A stretch of DNA of 64,000 nt from contig NC_045696.1 in assembly GCF_009834535.1 (NCBI RefSeq), positions 57,600,001 through 57,664,000 of the forward strand, written 5' to 3'. Numbering within the stretch: position 1 is the first letter of the stretch; each line of letters starts with the position of its first letter. The translations under genes were made by a program, and so were the position numbers. Source of the stretch: Camelus ferus (Eukaryota). The notes below the pieces were generated by a model. It worked only from the letters and a program-made list of their open reading frames with translations, was not told the DNA's origin and did no database searches. This document shows positions 1 to 12,445 of this stretch, piece by piece.

Positions 1-1
1 A

Positions 2-517
<516 letters not shown>

Positions 518-799
518 TCACAGGCAGTCTGAGTTCTTCCTGAACCTGGGCAGGATGAGGGGTGGAGACTGCACAGACTCCTCGGGGAGAAGGCAGAGAA
601 AACGGGAAAGGAAGATGACTCCCAAGTTGCACATGGTCCACAGGGAGTGTTACCACATCCAACAGTGATCAAGAAATGATATTAGAAGAAGGCCATATAC
701 GTATTGGAATGATTTGTTAATGTTTGTGCTTTTTCATGTCACTCTTCAAATGTTTTCCCATTTTCCTAAGGGTAAAGTTCAACTTCTGTACCCTGGCCA

Positions 800-1285
800 G
801 TCAGGTTTGCCCTCAGCCTTTCTCTGCGGCCTCATCCCTCTCACGCACCACCCCACACTCAGGGTTTCAGCCACCCTGAACTTGCCTCAGTCCTTCCCAT
901 GGTAGGATTGCTGTCTTCCCCAGGTCTCCCCACATGGGGACCTCTCAGCCGGAGCACTATTCCATGTCACCAGCCACCACTCCACTCCCTTCACCAGGCC
1001 AAGTACTATTTACTCCTTAGGTCTTCAGCTGTGCCCTCACCTCCTCAAGAAGCCTTCCCTGACTGATAACCTGGGAAAGGGGCCTCCCTCTGTTTTCCCA
1101 AAGTGCCTCATCTGATGCCCAGGCAGTGCTTTTCACAATTCTCGGGAATGGCCTGGCTCCTGTAGGCTCTGAGAAAGCTGGCTGGGTTTGTCTCTGACTC
1201 ACTGTTCAAACACAAGAGCCTCATACTGTGCCTGTCACCTCCTTGTCACCCAACAAATATCTTTGAATGATGGAATGAATAACCA
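800..1285 (+). mobile_element. L2 3' fragment
   Basis: cacctcctcaagaagccttccctgact...caacaaatatctttgaatgatggaatgaat (L2 3' tail). Confidence 0.6.
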
Positions 1286-1630
1286 AGAATACATTAACCA
1301 GTGCAAACTGGCAGTACAGCTGGTTAACATAAGCATAAAGCAAAGAAAACAAAAATGATCAGACTGTAACAAGTTTTATCAAAAAAGACTTGAAGGAATT
1401 AAAATTTTTTCTTTTCACTTTTTAAAAACTTCCCACCCTTCCCCACCAAATCTACAGACACACTTAAAGCTCCAGCTCCGTGCTGACAAGGAACCAGGTG
1501 GCACAGAAATGTCAGGTGTGACTCTGGCATGGTCAGAGGTCCACACGTAACCAGCATCTTTGAACATTCCTATGTCAATACCAATTCTAGGCTGTCATGG
1601 GGGTCTTCTCTTAGGAGGTTTAGTGTAGAA

Positions 1631-1808
1631 CAGTAGGACTCAAACTTGAGCGTGCACCGCCAGGAGGACTCGTGCCAGCCCAGATCACTGTCAGCAGGGA
1701 TTTCAAAAGCAGTGGGACTTGGGTGGGATCCAAGAACTTACGTTTATAACAAATTCCCAGGAGATGCTGACACTACTGCTCTGGGTGGTGTACTTTGAGA
1801 ACCACTGG
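1631..1808. mobile_element. MER5A-like hAT-Charlie element
   Basis: cagtaggactcaaactt...aacaaattcccaggagatgctga...tactttgagaaccactg termini. Confidence 0.7.
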
Positions 1809-2802
1809 TGTAGACTAGCTAAAATAAACCCAGGCTTTGGGTTCAAATTTGAACCCACAACTGGGTTCAAATCAAACTTTACTACTTACTTGGACATTGG
1901 ACAAGTTATTTATTCTCTCTAAGCTTGTGTTTCCCTCAGCTACGAATGAAGATTATAATAGTACTAACCGCATTAGATCCTGGCAACAATGCAATGAGAT
2001 GTCTACCTCCATGGTGCTGGTGCTGGCATGTATGCTGCCGCATTAGTGTCAGTGCATGTCTCCTTCCTTTTTTCCCTTACTATGAGGGCCAAGGAGAAAG
2101 GGGTTCAAGCTGGGATTCTCTCCAATATTCTCAGGTGGAGCTGCCTTCATTTTGACCGAGTTACTTCCACAAACAAAACAGATAGAGTCACGCCCTTACA
2201 GAGCAGCTGTGTGAGCCTGGCTCAGTGGTCAGAGCCACACGGTTCTGGGTCCTGCCTCGCTTCTTGGACACAGCCCTCAAAAGTCAGTCCACTGTGGTTT
2301 GTGGCAGTTTGTGAAAGTGGGTCCCAGCACCCACTTTTCTCATGGCCACAGAGAGAAAGCAGGGTGCTGCTCAGGGCAGGCTCTGGAGCCCAGGAATGAC
2401 CTGAGCCATTTCCAGGGCTGGGCTGTAAAGAGGGTGTGCCAGGGACAGCCGTGCTAGTGGGTGGGCCTGCAGAAGTGTGGGGGAGACCTGTGGGTGGAGA
2501 AGATGTCACAGAGGGAAGAGATTTTAAACTAGGCCCTACAACCCAGGTAGGATTAAGATTCCACGTGAAAACTAGGGAGAGGGCAGAGAAATTCATTGCT
2601 TCAGGATGGAAGAAAAGAGTGAGCCAAGGTCCTTATGAGGAAGGTGCAGTTCCTTGGGGAATCTGGAGGGAACCAACCTCGCTGGTGCCTCTGACTTTAT
2701 GGGAGACAGGGGATAAAGTGAGCTGGTGGTGGTGAGTGGGGAGATGGGGTGGAGCGTAAATTGCACTTCAGCGTCTATTTCTAGTTAATGGATAATCACT
2801 AA

Positions 2803-2872
2803 AGGGGAGGAGGAGGGGAAGAAGAAGGAGGACGAGGAGGAAGCAGAGGAAGAAAGAAGGAAGGAGAAGGTG
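2803..2872 (+). repeat. Purine-rich (GGA/GAA) low-complexity tract
   Basis: ggggaggaggaggggaagaagaaggaggacgaggagg... Confidence 0.8.
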
Positions 2873-4239
2873 AAGTGGTGTTTTTTGGAAGATGGATGAC
2901 TTCCTTATTTAGCTGTGAATAGAAAAAGAACATCATTTTGAAAATAAGCATTGAGGAGTTTGGGGTAAAATAGCTGCTCTCTCTCCCAGCTATAGAGTTC
3001 CTGGGAATCAGTCCAGTCTGAATGCAAGAGCCAATGACTGGCATCTCAAGCCTAACGTGGATTATTTCATAATTGATTTTTTATTTTTGCTTCTCCATCC
3101 TCACCACCCTTTGCCCTTTTTCTACAACTGACCTGAAATAGACATTGGCGCATTCACCCAACACAGCTTTAATTGAATAGTAGAAGCAGCTACAGGTAAG
3201 ATTTGGCAAAGAATAGGATGGTATTGTCAACACTAGCTTATTTTGTTCAGTAACACGTATGGATTGGAATAGAGAGAAAAACACAGATTTGTGGTCTAAA
3301 CAAAATCCTAGATTCACAGAGCACTTCCATATATTTTCTTTGACTCACTAGATATGATCCCTGGGAGGAGAAAATGGTGCCATTGAATACATAGCAAATC
3401 TGAGGTTGGAAAAGATTAAGTGGCTTGTCTATGGTCATTTATTTTCTAAGGGGGTCAAAGTCAGGATTCTGCCCCTGAGTAGGCTCTTGTCCTCTCCCTG
3501 TCTATTCTTTAAATAAAGGAAGATGTTTGGGATTCATTAACTTGCAAATAATCATAGCATGGGGCCAGGCCATAGGAGCAATAATTAATATACAATGGGC
3601 AGCAGTCACTCTGATACTTTGATTAATAAACTAGATGTCCTTTATAACTGAACGGTAATTCAACACAAATAGCAGTCTATTCAAAAGACTCTTGTCAACA
3701 TTACTCGTATAGAGGTGGAATATTTGCAGGGATGTAGTGTGGGTTTGTTGGGAGTCAGAGAAGGGAACTTGGCTGGAACCAGAGGTTGCCCAAGCAGGCA
3801 AGCTTGACCTTCCAAGTAGAAGTCAAGCACCAGACTCCCAAAAAGCAGGAGGACTTTCCAGATTGGGAGGAAGGGAAAGGAAGTAGTAAGACAGCTCATG
3901 TCAAAGGCAAAAACTTCCCATCTTTCTTTTCCTTTAGCTTCTAATTTCTCTGTGCAACTAACCAAACTGGTTACACACACTACTTAGCAGGTAAAGTTTT
4001 CAAGAAGAGATTAAGGGCAGCAGAAGGTGGGCTGAAAATATGAATAGATTCAAAAAGAGAAGTGTTCTGTTTATAGATGTCCTGGTTGCATCTTTGCTCT
4101 TTTAAACCTCATACTACGTGTTTTCAAATTCTTAAATTTTCTTTTTGTTCTTAAATGCCTTTCATCCTATGGCATCTCCTTCTCCCGAATTCATCACCAT
4201 CTAATTTGCTAGTTGTGTCTATCATTTTCTCTCAAAAAT

Positions 4240-4470
4240 TTTAAGTTCTGGAGACTGACTTTCTGAGTTGAGATTCTGCCTCCACTCCCCCGCTGGCTAA
4301 AAAACCTGACAAGTTATTTCCAAACTACAGTTGTTTCTTTATAGGCAAGACTGGCATGATAATATATGCCTGATGGGGTAATAGTGAGTATTAAATCAGA
4401 TAAATATGTCCAGCATTCAGCAAACAGCCTGGCACATAATAGATACTCAATGAACATCAGCGATTATTTG
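4240..4470 (+). mobile_element. MIR SINE
   Basis: gagttgagattctgcctccact...acaagttattt...cctggcacataatagatactcaatgaa. Confidence 0.65.
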
Positions 4471-5549
4471 TATCATACTTTGAGAAATTGAGGTCAACTG
4501 AGAACAGCATGTAAAAGCATTTTGAAAGAATTAAAATGTTACAAATGTTAAGCTATCATTACTGTCTTCTCTTTGCAAAATGAATTAGTGCATTAAAGGC
4601 TTTTAAAACTGTGTCTTACCTGGCAAACCCATTCAGATTGTCCCCTCTTTGAAAGAGGAAGGGAGATCTGTCATTTAAGGGTGGAAAAGTGACTTCAGAT
4701 GAGGTATCAAAGCTCACGGGAAGGAGGGAAAGGGAAGGGGATTCTCTGTTTCCCGCCATGAGGTACTTTCCAAGACTTCACTGCTGTGCAGGGTGGGGAC
4801 TACCATTCTGCGTTAAAGTGGAAGGAAAATATACCAACGAAAGAAGAGTATATTTACGACTAAGCGCCATGTGTTCCCAAATAGATACCTATCTTCGTAC
4901 ATTTATTTATTCAGCCTGCCTTCCCTGTGTAGCATCAGTGTGGACAAGATGTTTTAGTTTCTAGAACATATTATCCATACAGCGTAGGTATATAGGTACA
5001 AAACTTCTTTTCTTTTTTAAACTAAGAACCGTTTTCAGGGGACCGGATGGCATTTCCACTCCTTACCACATGAAGGGCCTTGCTTGGAAGGGAGTGGCAG
5101 TCAGGGAGGGAGAGCAAGGCCTTTCCTGGCGAGGGGCAGTGGCCTAATGCTGCCTCTGATGGGAGGTGCTGATTCCCGGTTTTCAGGGACCCAGGCACCT
5201 CTGCTCCACTAAGCCGGTTAACAAAAAGTACACAGGTTTAATCCTATCAGAGTTTATGTCAGGGCAAGTTATCTCCCCAAGTATATTTACCATCAGTGCT
5301 TGTTACATTTCCTTTGATAACAGTGCAAACAGAAGAATCAAGGGGAAAAGGGCCTGGCAATGTGCATATATGAAGTAAGGGGTAGAGAAAATTAGGAGCA
5401 GAGAAAAGGGGACAAAGAGAAGCAGGTGGGGGTGGTGGCGGGGAGGAATTACATCTCCATGTGACATGTTAAACACAGATCTGACTGTGCTACTCAACAG
5501 CACTAGGCTTGGGGTGGGAGAAGCCTATGGTGACCGTGGTGAGGAAACT

Positions 5550-5810
5550 GGTAACTACTGAGCACTTTAGATGCTGGTAGGCAGGGTACTGGGTGCTTTT
5601 TACACAGTATCTCACTAACCTTTGCAAGAAACCCTTGAGATCAGCCTTATTTTTATCTCAATTTCATAGATGAGGAAAATCCTCAGGGAGATTAAGTACC
5701 TGGTTTGAAGGCACACGGCTAGTAAATAGCAAAACTAGACTAGTAAATAGCAAAACTAGACTTACGCTTACACCTCTAAAATTCCAAAGCCCACAGCTTC
5801 CAGTGCACCA
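5550..5810 (-). mobile_element. MIR SINE with an internal ~20-bp tandem duplication
   Basis: ttcatagatgaggaaaat...gaaggcacacggctagtaaatagcaaaactagactagtaaatagcaaaactagac. Confidence 0.7.
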
Positions 5811-5959
5811 CCTGCCTTCTGGATAAGTTTTCTAATGGTGGAGGTTTAACCCTTTAAGGGATATTCACAAATTTAAGGGACATTCACAAATTTATTTTAT
5901 ACCATTCTGTATAGAAACCTCTTTTTTCCTTTTTAAAATTTGTAAATATAAACTAAATA

Positions 5960-6610
5960 ATAAGAAACTTAAGACAATAGAGAAGAGAATAAAGTAAAAA
6001 GTTCTTCCTGGCTCACCATGAATTCCACTGTCCAGAGGCACCACTCTTGATAACTTGGTGTCTGTCGTCCACATCTTTTCCTATGCTGTTTTTTTTAATT
6101 AATCATATTAAGTACATTGACTTGCAACTTTGTTTTTTTTCAAGTTAATAAGATACCACTCTATTCTATATAAGTATATATAAATTTAATTTCTTTTTTA
6201 GTGGTTGCATGAAGTGACTACATGGATGAACCATAATTTTCTCATTTTCCTAATGATGGGCATTTAGCCTGTTTCTGATTTTTCACTACTACAATGTTGA
6301 AATAACTTATTGAAATGAATACTTTTATATTATATGAAGTATCTCTTCACACGCGTGCTTTTATTCCAGGAGGATGTATTTCTCAAAGTGAGATTGCTGG
6401 GCCAAATGCGATAAGGCTTTTCTATTTTAATAGATAATACAGAAAAGGAAGTTATATTCCTGTGAACACTGCGTGACACTCCCATGTTTCACCACAATCT
6501 TTCCAACAGGGGAAAATATCAATCTTTAAAAAATTTTGATAAACTACTAGGTGAAAAAAATAGCCCCTTAGGTGGTTTGAATTTGATATCCTTTGGTTAT
6601 AAGAGGTAGA
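5960..6610 (-). mobile_element. Old L1 (L1M) 3' fragment
   Basis: tgatgggcatttagcctgtttctgatttttcactact...gagattgctgggccaaatg, antisense L1 3' region motifs. Confidence 0.6.
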
Positions 6611-7039
6611 GGACAACAAGACCTGGCTGAGAGGCAGATGCTTGGGGTTTCCCAAAGTTAGTCGCTCAGGTCAGTGACTCATCTGTGTCCCCACATGCTA
6701 ATCTCAGAGCATATGCAAATTTAAGTCTCACCAGAGTGACAAATTTCTATGTGCTCTGGACCTTCAGCGGTCACTTATTCACTCATTTATTGAATACCTG
6801 CTATGATCCAGGCACTGTTCCAGAGGATGGCGGTGAAGTAGCTAATGAGAGAGACAAGGTCCCTGCACTCTTGGAGAGAAAGTCAATAGTCAACAAGTAA
6901 ACCCATCAACAAGTACTTGTGGTCATGGCTAAGCTTCAGAGGACTGCTCAGAAACTGCCAGAGCTTTGAAGAGCAAATCCTACTAATGTACAATAAAGGA
7001 CAAGATAGATACATGGGTCCAAATCCTCCTCACAGCTCT

Positions 7040-7860
7040 TCTTGGTTGTTTCCAATTCTAAATCAGGCTCTAAGCTCTTCTCATCCTATCCAAACCTGGC
7101 CCTCTCCCACACTTCCCATCTTGGTGGGTGGGCAGGCCTGAAAACTAGGAGGTGTCCTGGACATCTTTCTCCCTCACTCTCCATATACAATCTATTATCA
7201 AACTGGATTTATTTATCTCCTAAGTAATTCTGGAATCCTCTCTCTCTCTCCATCATCACCATTGCCCAGGCACAAGCTACCATCACTTCTAGTCTGGAGA
7301 GTGCATCAGCTTAACTTGTACCAGCGCAAACTCTGGTTTTCCTCCATGTGGATTCCACCTGCTGCTGTCAGTCTCCCAACTCATTCTCCTGAAAAATCTC
7401 CAAAAGCTGTCTGTTATTCTTAGGATAAATACAAAGCTTCCTACCATGAAGCCATGCAGACCTGGTCCTACCCACCCCAGCCTCATTTCCACCACATGCA
7501 CGCCAGTTGACTTCCTCCTCTCAGTCATGCTGACATTCTTGCCACCTCTCCTATCACTGAGCTCCCATCCAGCAAACTTGCACATGCTGTTCCTTTAGTT
7601 TGGGACGATCATTCCTCAGCTCTCAACTCCAGCATCATTACTCCAGGGAGGGCCTTCCAAATGAGCAAAACCCCACCTATTACATGTTCCTGGGCTACCT
7701 TATATCTCTTCCTCATGGTCCCTGTCATAGTTGTATCTCTATATTTGCCTGTATTTCCTTTAGATCGTAAGCACCATGGGGACCAAGGCCATGTCCACTT
7801 TCATTTGACAGCACACCTGGCACATGGTGTGCATTAAACATTTGCTGAATAAAAGAACAA
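7040..7860 (+). mobile_element. L2 fragment
   Basis: ctctccatcatcaccattgcccagg...tttgcacatgctgttcc...cacctggcacatggtgtgcattaaacatttgctgaat. Confidence 0.7.
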
Positions 7861-10184
7861 ATAAATTCATACGAGACAGTCTAAACTGCTTAGAACAAAT
7901 TTTAAGTTCTCTGAAAGTAAGGAAAATAAGCGGTTCAAGTTAACTACTTGTGGTACAGCCAGACAAAAGGCAAGGAAGAAGGGTGTGTGTTGGAGGGAGA
8001 AGGGGTACAAAAGCATGCCCAGAGCAGCAGACACCAGGGTGCCCAAGTTCGTGAGGCCAGAATGAGGGAGCCTTGAAACAAACAAAGAGCTTTAGTCCAC
8101 TCTTATAAACTATGAGGATCTAGTAGAAGTTCTTGGAGGATTAAAGTGAAGGTGGGAAAGATTAATTCAGGTAGGTTAACCTATCATCTAGGTAGAGGAT
8201 GGTTGGAACTAGACAGAGAGGCAGCAGGCCTAGAGGCAAGGAGATGGTTAAGATGCTGGGCTTAAGCAACAGAACACAGTGAGTAACTGGTTTCAGAAAT
8301 GAAGGAAGTGTTGAATGCTTTCCTCTGACCCCACCTTACCCTAAGATCTGGAGATTAGAAGATGCAGAAATGAGGACTAGAGAAAGATGAGACATGATTA
8401 GAGTCCTCCCAATTCTTAAACACACAATCTTATTTCTCCCCTAAGGACTTCAAAGAACGAAATAAAGTATTAGGCTGAAAGGAACCCAGGCAGACAGTAC
8501 AGCAGTAACAACCCAGCATCTCACCCCACTGCATTGTTGTTGGGGCAAGGTGTTTAATAATTAACATCTAGTTAGACATCCAGGAGGTAGTCAACTTCTA
8601 TTTCTACCAGGATTCGATTAGACAAAACAAACCTGCTCTAGGTATGAAACAGGTGAATGAGCAGTGAACTAAGAGTGAAGATGCCAGGGTTCTAGTCCCA
8701 GCTCTCAAACCAACTCCACCGTGACAATCTGAGACACCTGACTTCCCTGGACACAGATTTCTTTATCTGTAAAACTGGCTGGGAGGTGGAAATAGGGAAT
8801 GGGAGTGATTCCTCCTTGTGTTGGCAGAGCACTGGGATTCTGGGAGGTATTTCAGGGAGCCTTGTAGGGGCAAGGGAGGCACTGAGTGGACAGTCCTCCG
8901 TCCTCCACCCTTGACCTCCCCCTCCCCCTGAGAAGCTCCACTTTACTATCTACTATATCAAGGACCAAGATGTCATTAAATTGTCAGTATGATCCCAACC
9001 TTCACCCTCACCACTAAGGGAGAGCTACTGATCTAGATGCTCTCCAAAAATTCTTGTCCCTTAAGAGAGAGCTGTCTGATTTCCCAAAGAATGATAATAC
9101 AGGTTGATAGCTGTGTGGATCTATAAGTTAACATCACTCTAAGATATTTTTTAAAATCCCCAAAAGCACAAAATGACACACAACCTTTTAGAATTTGGGG
9201 GGAAACATAAACTTTCATTCCAGGAATAAACTTTGAGGTTGGATGAAGGTAACCAGAGTTATTAGCCAGTAATGCAAAGGGCTACAGGAACTTACTTTAG
9301 CCTTATCTTAATGTTTTGTTTTAAGGAGCTTGTGTGATAAATTTTTTTTCTTTTTAAAGGAATGAAGTTTGGAGAATTACACACACAAACCCTCTGACAA
9401 CTAATCTCTCCACTGCTCCAAACATACAGACTATGTAACTTCACAGGACCTCCTGACCCCAGAGTCTCCATGAGAGGCCCCAAGCCACACTAACCAGCCA
9501 GTACTCACCTCTGACATCATTTCACTACTGGCCCACACTTTGCAATTGCAGAAACTTGGGTGCTAATCAGAGGGTGGGGTTGACTCTTCTTTAGAAACAG
9601 AAAAGGACAAGATGATGGGCCAAAATGAACACATTCTAGTGTTGGGTTTTCCAAAGTTCCTATCTAAAGTTTGCAGCAGATCTTGAAAAAAATCAACTTA
9701 CCGGATTTTTCTATTTAATAATATTAATTTGGGGATGGTTTTATATGGATTGAAATTTTATTAAAATAATATTTGATGTGAATTTGTTACTCTTTTATCC
9801 AACATAGTCACTGTGTGTATGTGTACCCTTTGTTCCTAATTTATAAATCTTATATATGTGTGCACATGTCACAATATAAACTGTATTTCTTACTGGACTT
9901 AGGACTTTTGTGTGTTCAGCATTCTCTGGTTCTAAAATGTGTCATGCAGGTAAGCTTCCATTTAACAAATGCCAGGCAAACCCAGCAGTCTGTATTATTT
10001 GACCCCCTCAACATCCTGGCTACTCACACTGCATGGCTGGTTCATGAACACCTGGAGCTCTACTTTTTGAAGTCTCTGTCCATTTAGCAATTTGCTTACT
10101 GTAAGAATATACCCGTTGGTTATAATCACTATATTTGAAAAATGTTCAGTGTTCAATATTCTTCATAAAAATAGAACAGCTTTT

Positions 10185-10467
10185 ATTTTATTTTATTTTA
10201 TTTCTGGATTGTAATTTTTATTCTACTATCTGGAGCATGCATTTAATATACCACCTATTCAAATGCAAATGTAGTTTTGGTTTGGAAACTTTTTTTAACG
10301 TTTTTTATTGATTTATAATCATTTTATAATGTTGTGTCAAATTCCAGTGTAGAGCACAATTTTTCAATTATACATGAACATATATATATTCATTGTCACA
10401 TTTTTTTTCTCTGTGAGCTACCATAAGATCTTGTATATATTTCCCTGTGCTATACAGTATAATCTTG
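10185..10467 (-). mobile_element. 5'-truncated young L1 with 3' transduction, TSD GAACAGCTTTT
   Basis: 10290-10467 is close to the reverse complement of the L1 3' UTR at ~26033-26205. TSD copies at 10174-10184 and 10468-10478; TTTT/AA endonuclease site. Confidence 0.85.
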
Positions 10468-11759
10468 GAACAGCTTTTAAAATATCATGCCAGTGATTTA
10501 AGGATTGGGGTTTACACCCTAATGGGATTTTTGTCTATAAGGCTTCTTTTCTTATTCTTTTGATGTAGATGACTGTTGGCTACGAAGTCCTAATTCTGAG
10601 GATGCGGTGCCCAAGGCAGAGGTGGGAGTAGACTTCTATTTTCCTGAAAAGTCAGTTCAAGCAGCTTCAGAAATGCCTAGCTACTGTGGAGCTGGAGCTA
10701 AACACGTGAGGCATAGGAGAGAAGACTGTGCAAAGCTGTGGGATTTTTATGAATTTGCTTTCACAGTCTAAGCTGCTGACTGCTCTGGTGGAATTTGGGG
10801 CACTTCAGTTAAGGTGAGTTTTAGTCCATTTCCTTGTGTACCATAGGTGTCTGACACCCAGACTTGTCAGCTTCAGATAATTTATAGGATCTACATCCTA
10901 CAGGAAATGTGGTAATCCAGAGGACCTTGGGGATACCAATTTTTCTAGTTTTCCTAGCCTTTTGCAACACTCCCTCCCTTTTATTCTCAGCCTTAAGCTT
11001 AAGTTATTGTGGCATCTTGTCTGAGTGAGATTTGGTTACACCTGAGCTATTTTCATGCCTATCAAGCTTGTAAAAATGGAATTCTACCTGTGCCTTCCTA
11101 TTACTTCTTTTCCCACAGAAAAATACAAGACCGAAGCTGGTCTGTGAGCAGACTGAGCTGATCTCCCACAGACGACTTAGAGGTGAGAGCAGCTATTCCT
11201 AAAAGAGGGAAGGCAAAAAGGTAAAATGAAATAAAACGGCAGACCTTGCAAGAGAACTCATACACTCTGATTTGCAAGGTCACACCTACATCCTAACTGA
11301 AACGGCATGAAAGACCTTCTGTCCCTCAGCTAGTCCTTCCTATCTAGTTTCACCCATGCACATACAGTCTCCTGCCATTTTTCTCAGTGATACACTGAGA
11401 CGCACAAAACCAAGCTTCCAAAGCAGACAGGGGACTGGCCTGGAGGTTAAGCGCATGAAGGAAAGGGTGGGTGGATGGGCACCTGATGGTGAGATAATAA
11501 GCAAGGGGGAAAGTTCGAGAAGTGAGTGGATACAAGGCCGAAAAGTGACACCGAACCTGTTTAGCAAAGAGCCTCCTGCTGTGATCCTGTAAAATGGATT
11601 GTGAATCATACGGAACATTCCATCATATACTGAGGAGACATATACCTCTCAGGAGTGAAATAAGTGCATTCCTGGGCCAGTATGGTTCTCACCATATCTA
11701 AAACCTAGAGCAAGTATCAGATGAAAGGAAAAAGTAATTAGGAATTTTAAGAGTGATGT

Positions 11760-12445
11760 TTCCGCCGCTACGGATTCCGCTTCAGGGACAAAGAAGTGCC
11801 TAAAGACTGCAGGATGAGAAGCCCAGAGGTTCTGGGTTTCTTTCTTGCACCTGTTTCAGAAGGGGCTGGGCTAACGAGAGGAAAACAACAGGTTCCCACA
11901 GGCGGAAACTCGATCCGGTCCCCGGACCTCCTGGCACCCGAGCCAAGAGGCACTAGAGCGCAGCCCAGGCCTCCGCCGTCCTGCCTGTGGCCAGCTCCGC
12001 AAGGCCAGGCAACAATGGCTTCCTGTCTCCTTCGGCCCGAGGCGGGACCCATTTTCCCCCGGCTCACCTGCTGGGAGCCAGGTGAAGAGCAGCAGCCAAG
12101 GTGTGGGCAGCTCGGGGCCCATGCCGCCCCTCTGCGCCCCCTTTCAGCTCAGGGGCGCCGGGGACACTGTGTCTTCTTTCATCAGCGGCCGGCCCAGGAC
12201 GCACCACTTCCCCAAGGACTCCCTCGGCTTTCCTCGCGCTCCGGGCAGCGCGGCGGGAGGACCGGCCCGCGGGCAGGTACCGCCCGGCTCATTCCCACCT
12301 GGGGCGCTGCCCGCCGCTCCGCCTCCCGCTCCGCGCGCCGCCGTTTCCTGCTCCGCCCCTGGGCCCGGGCCGCGGCCACCTTTCCTATCTGCCACCGCCC
12401 CCTTGCAGGCTGCCAGGTGATTCTCCTCGCCGAAACTGCCCGTAA
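11760..12445. promoter_or_regulatory. ILDR1: CpG island / ILDR1 promoter and 5' UTR
   Basis: The only CpG-dense, very GC-rich stretch in the window. It spans exon 1 and contains a GC box (ctccgcccct, 12351-12360). Confidence 0.9.
12068..12122 (-). CDS. ILDR1: ILDR1 coding exon 1 (signal peptide MGPELPTPWLLLFTWLPA-G)
   Basis: ATG in GGCGGCATGG context, donor CAG|gtgagc, 55 nt. Splices in frame to 390-220 and resembles human [20 protein letters not shown]. Confidence 0.95.

Noticed and set aside
11871..12067. Continuation of the ILDR1 ORF beyond ...WLPAG
   Set aside because: Read-through into intron 1 past the CAG|gtgagc donor.
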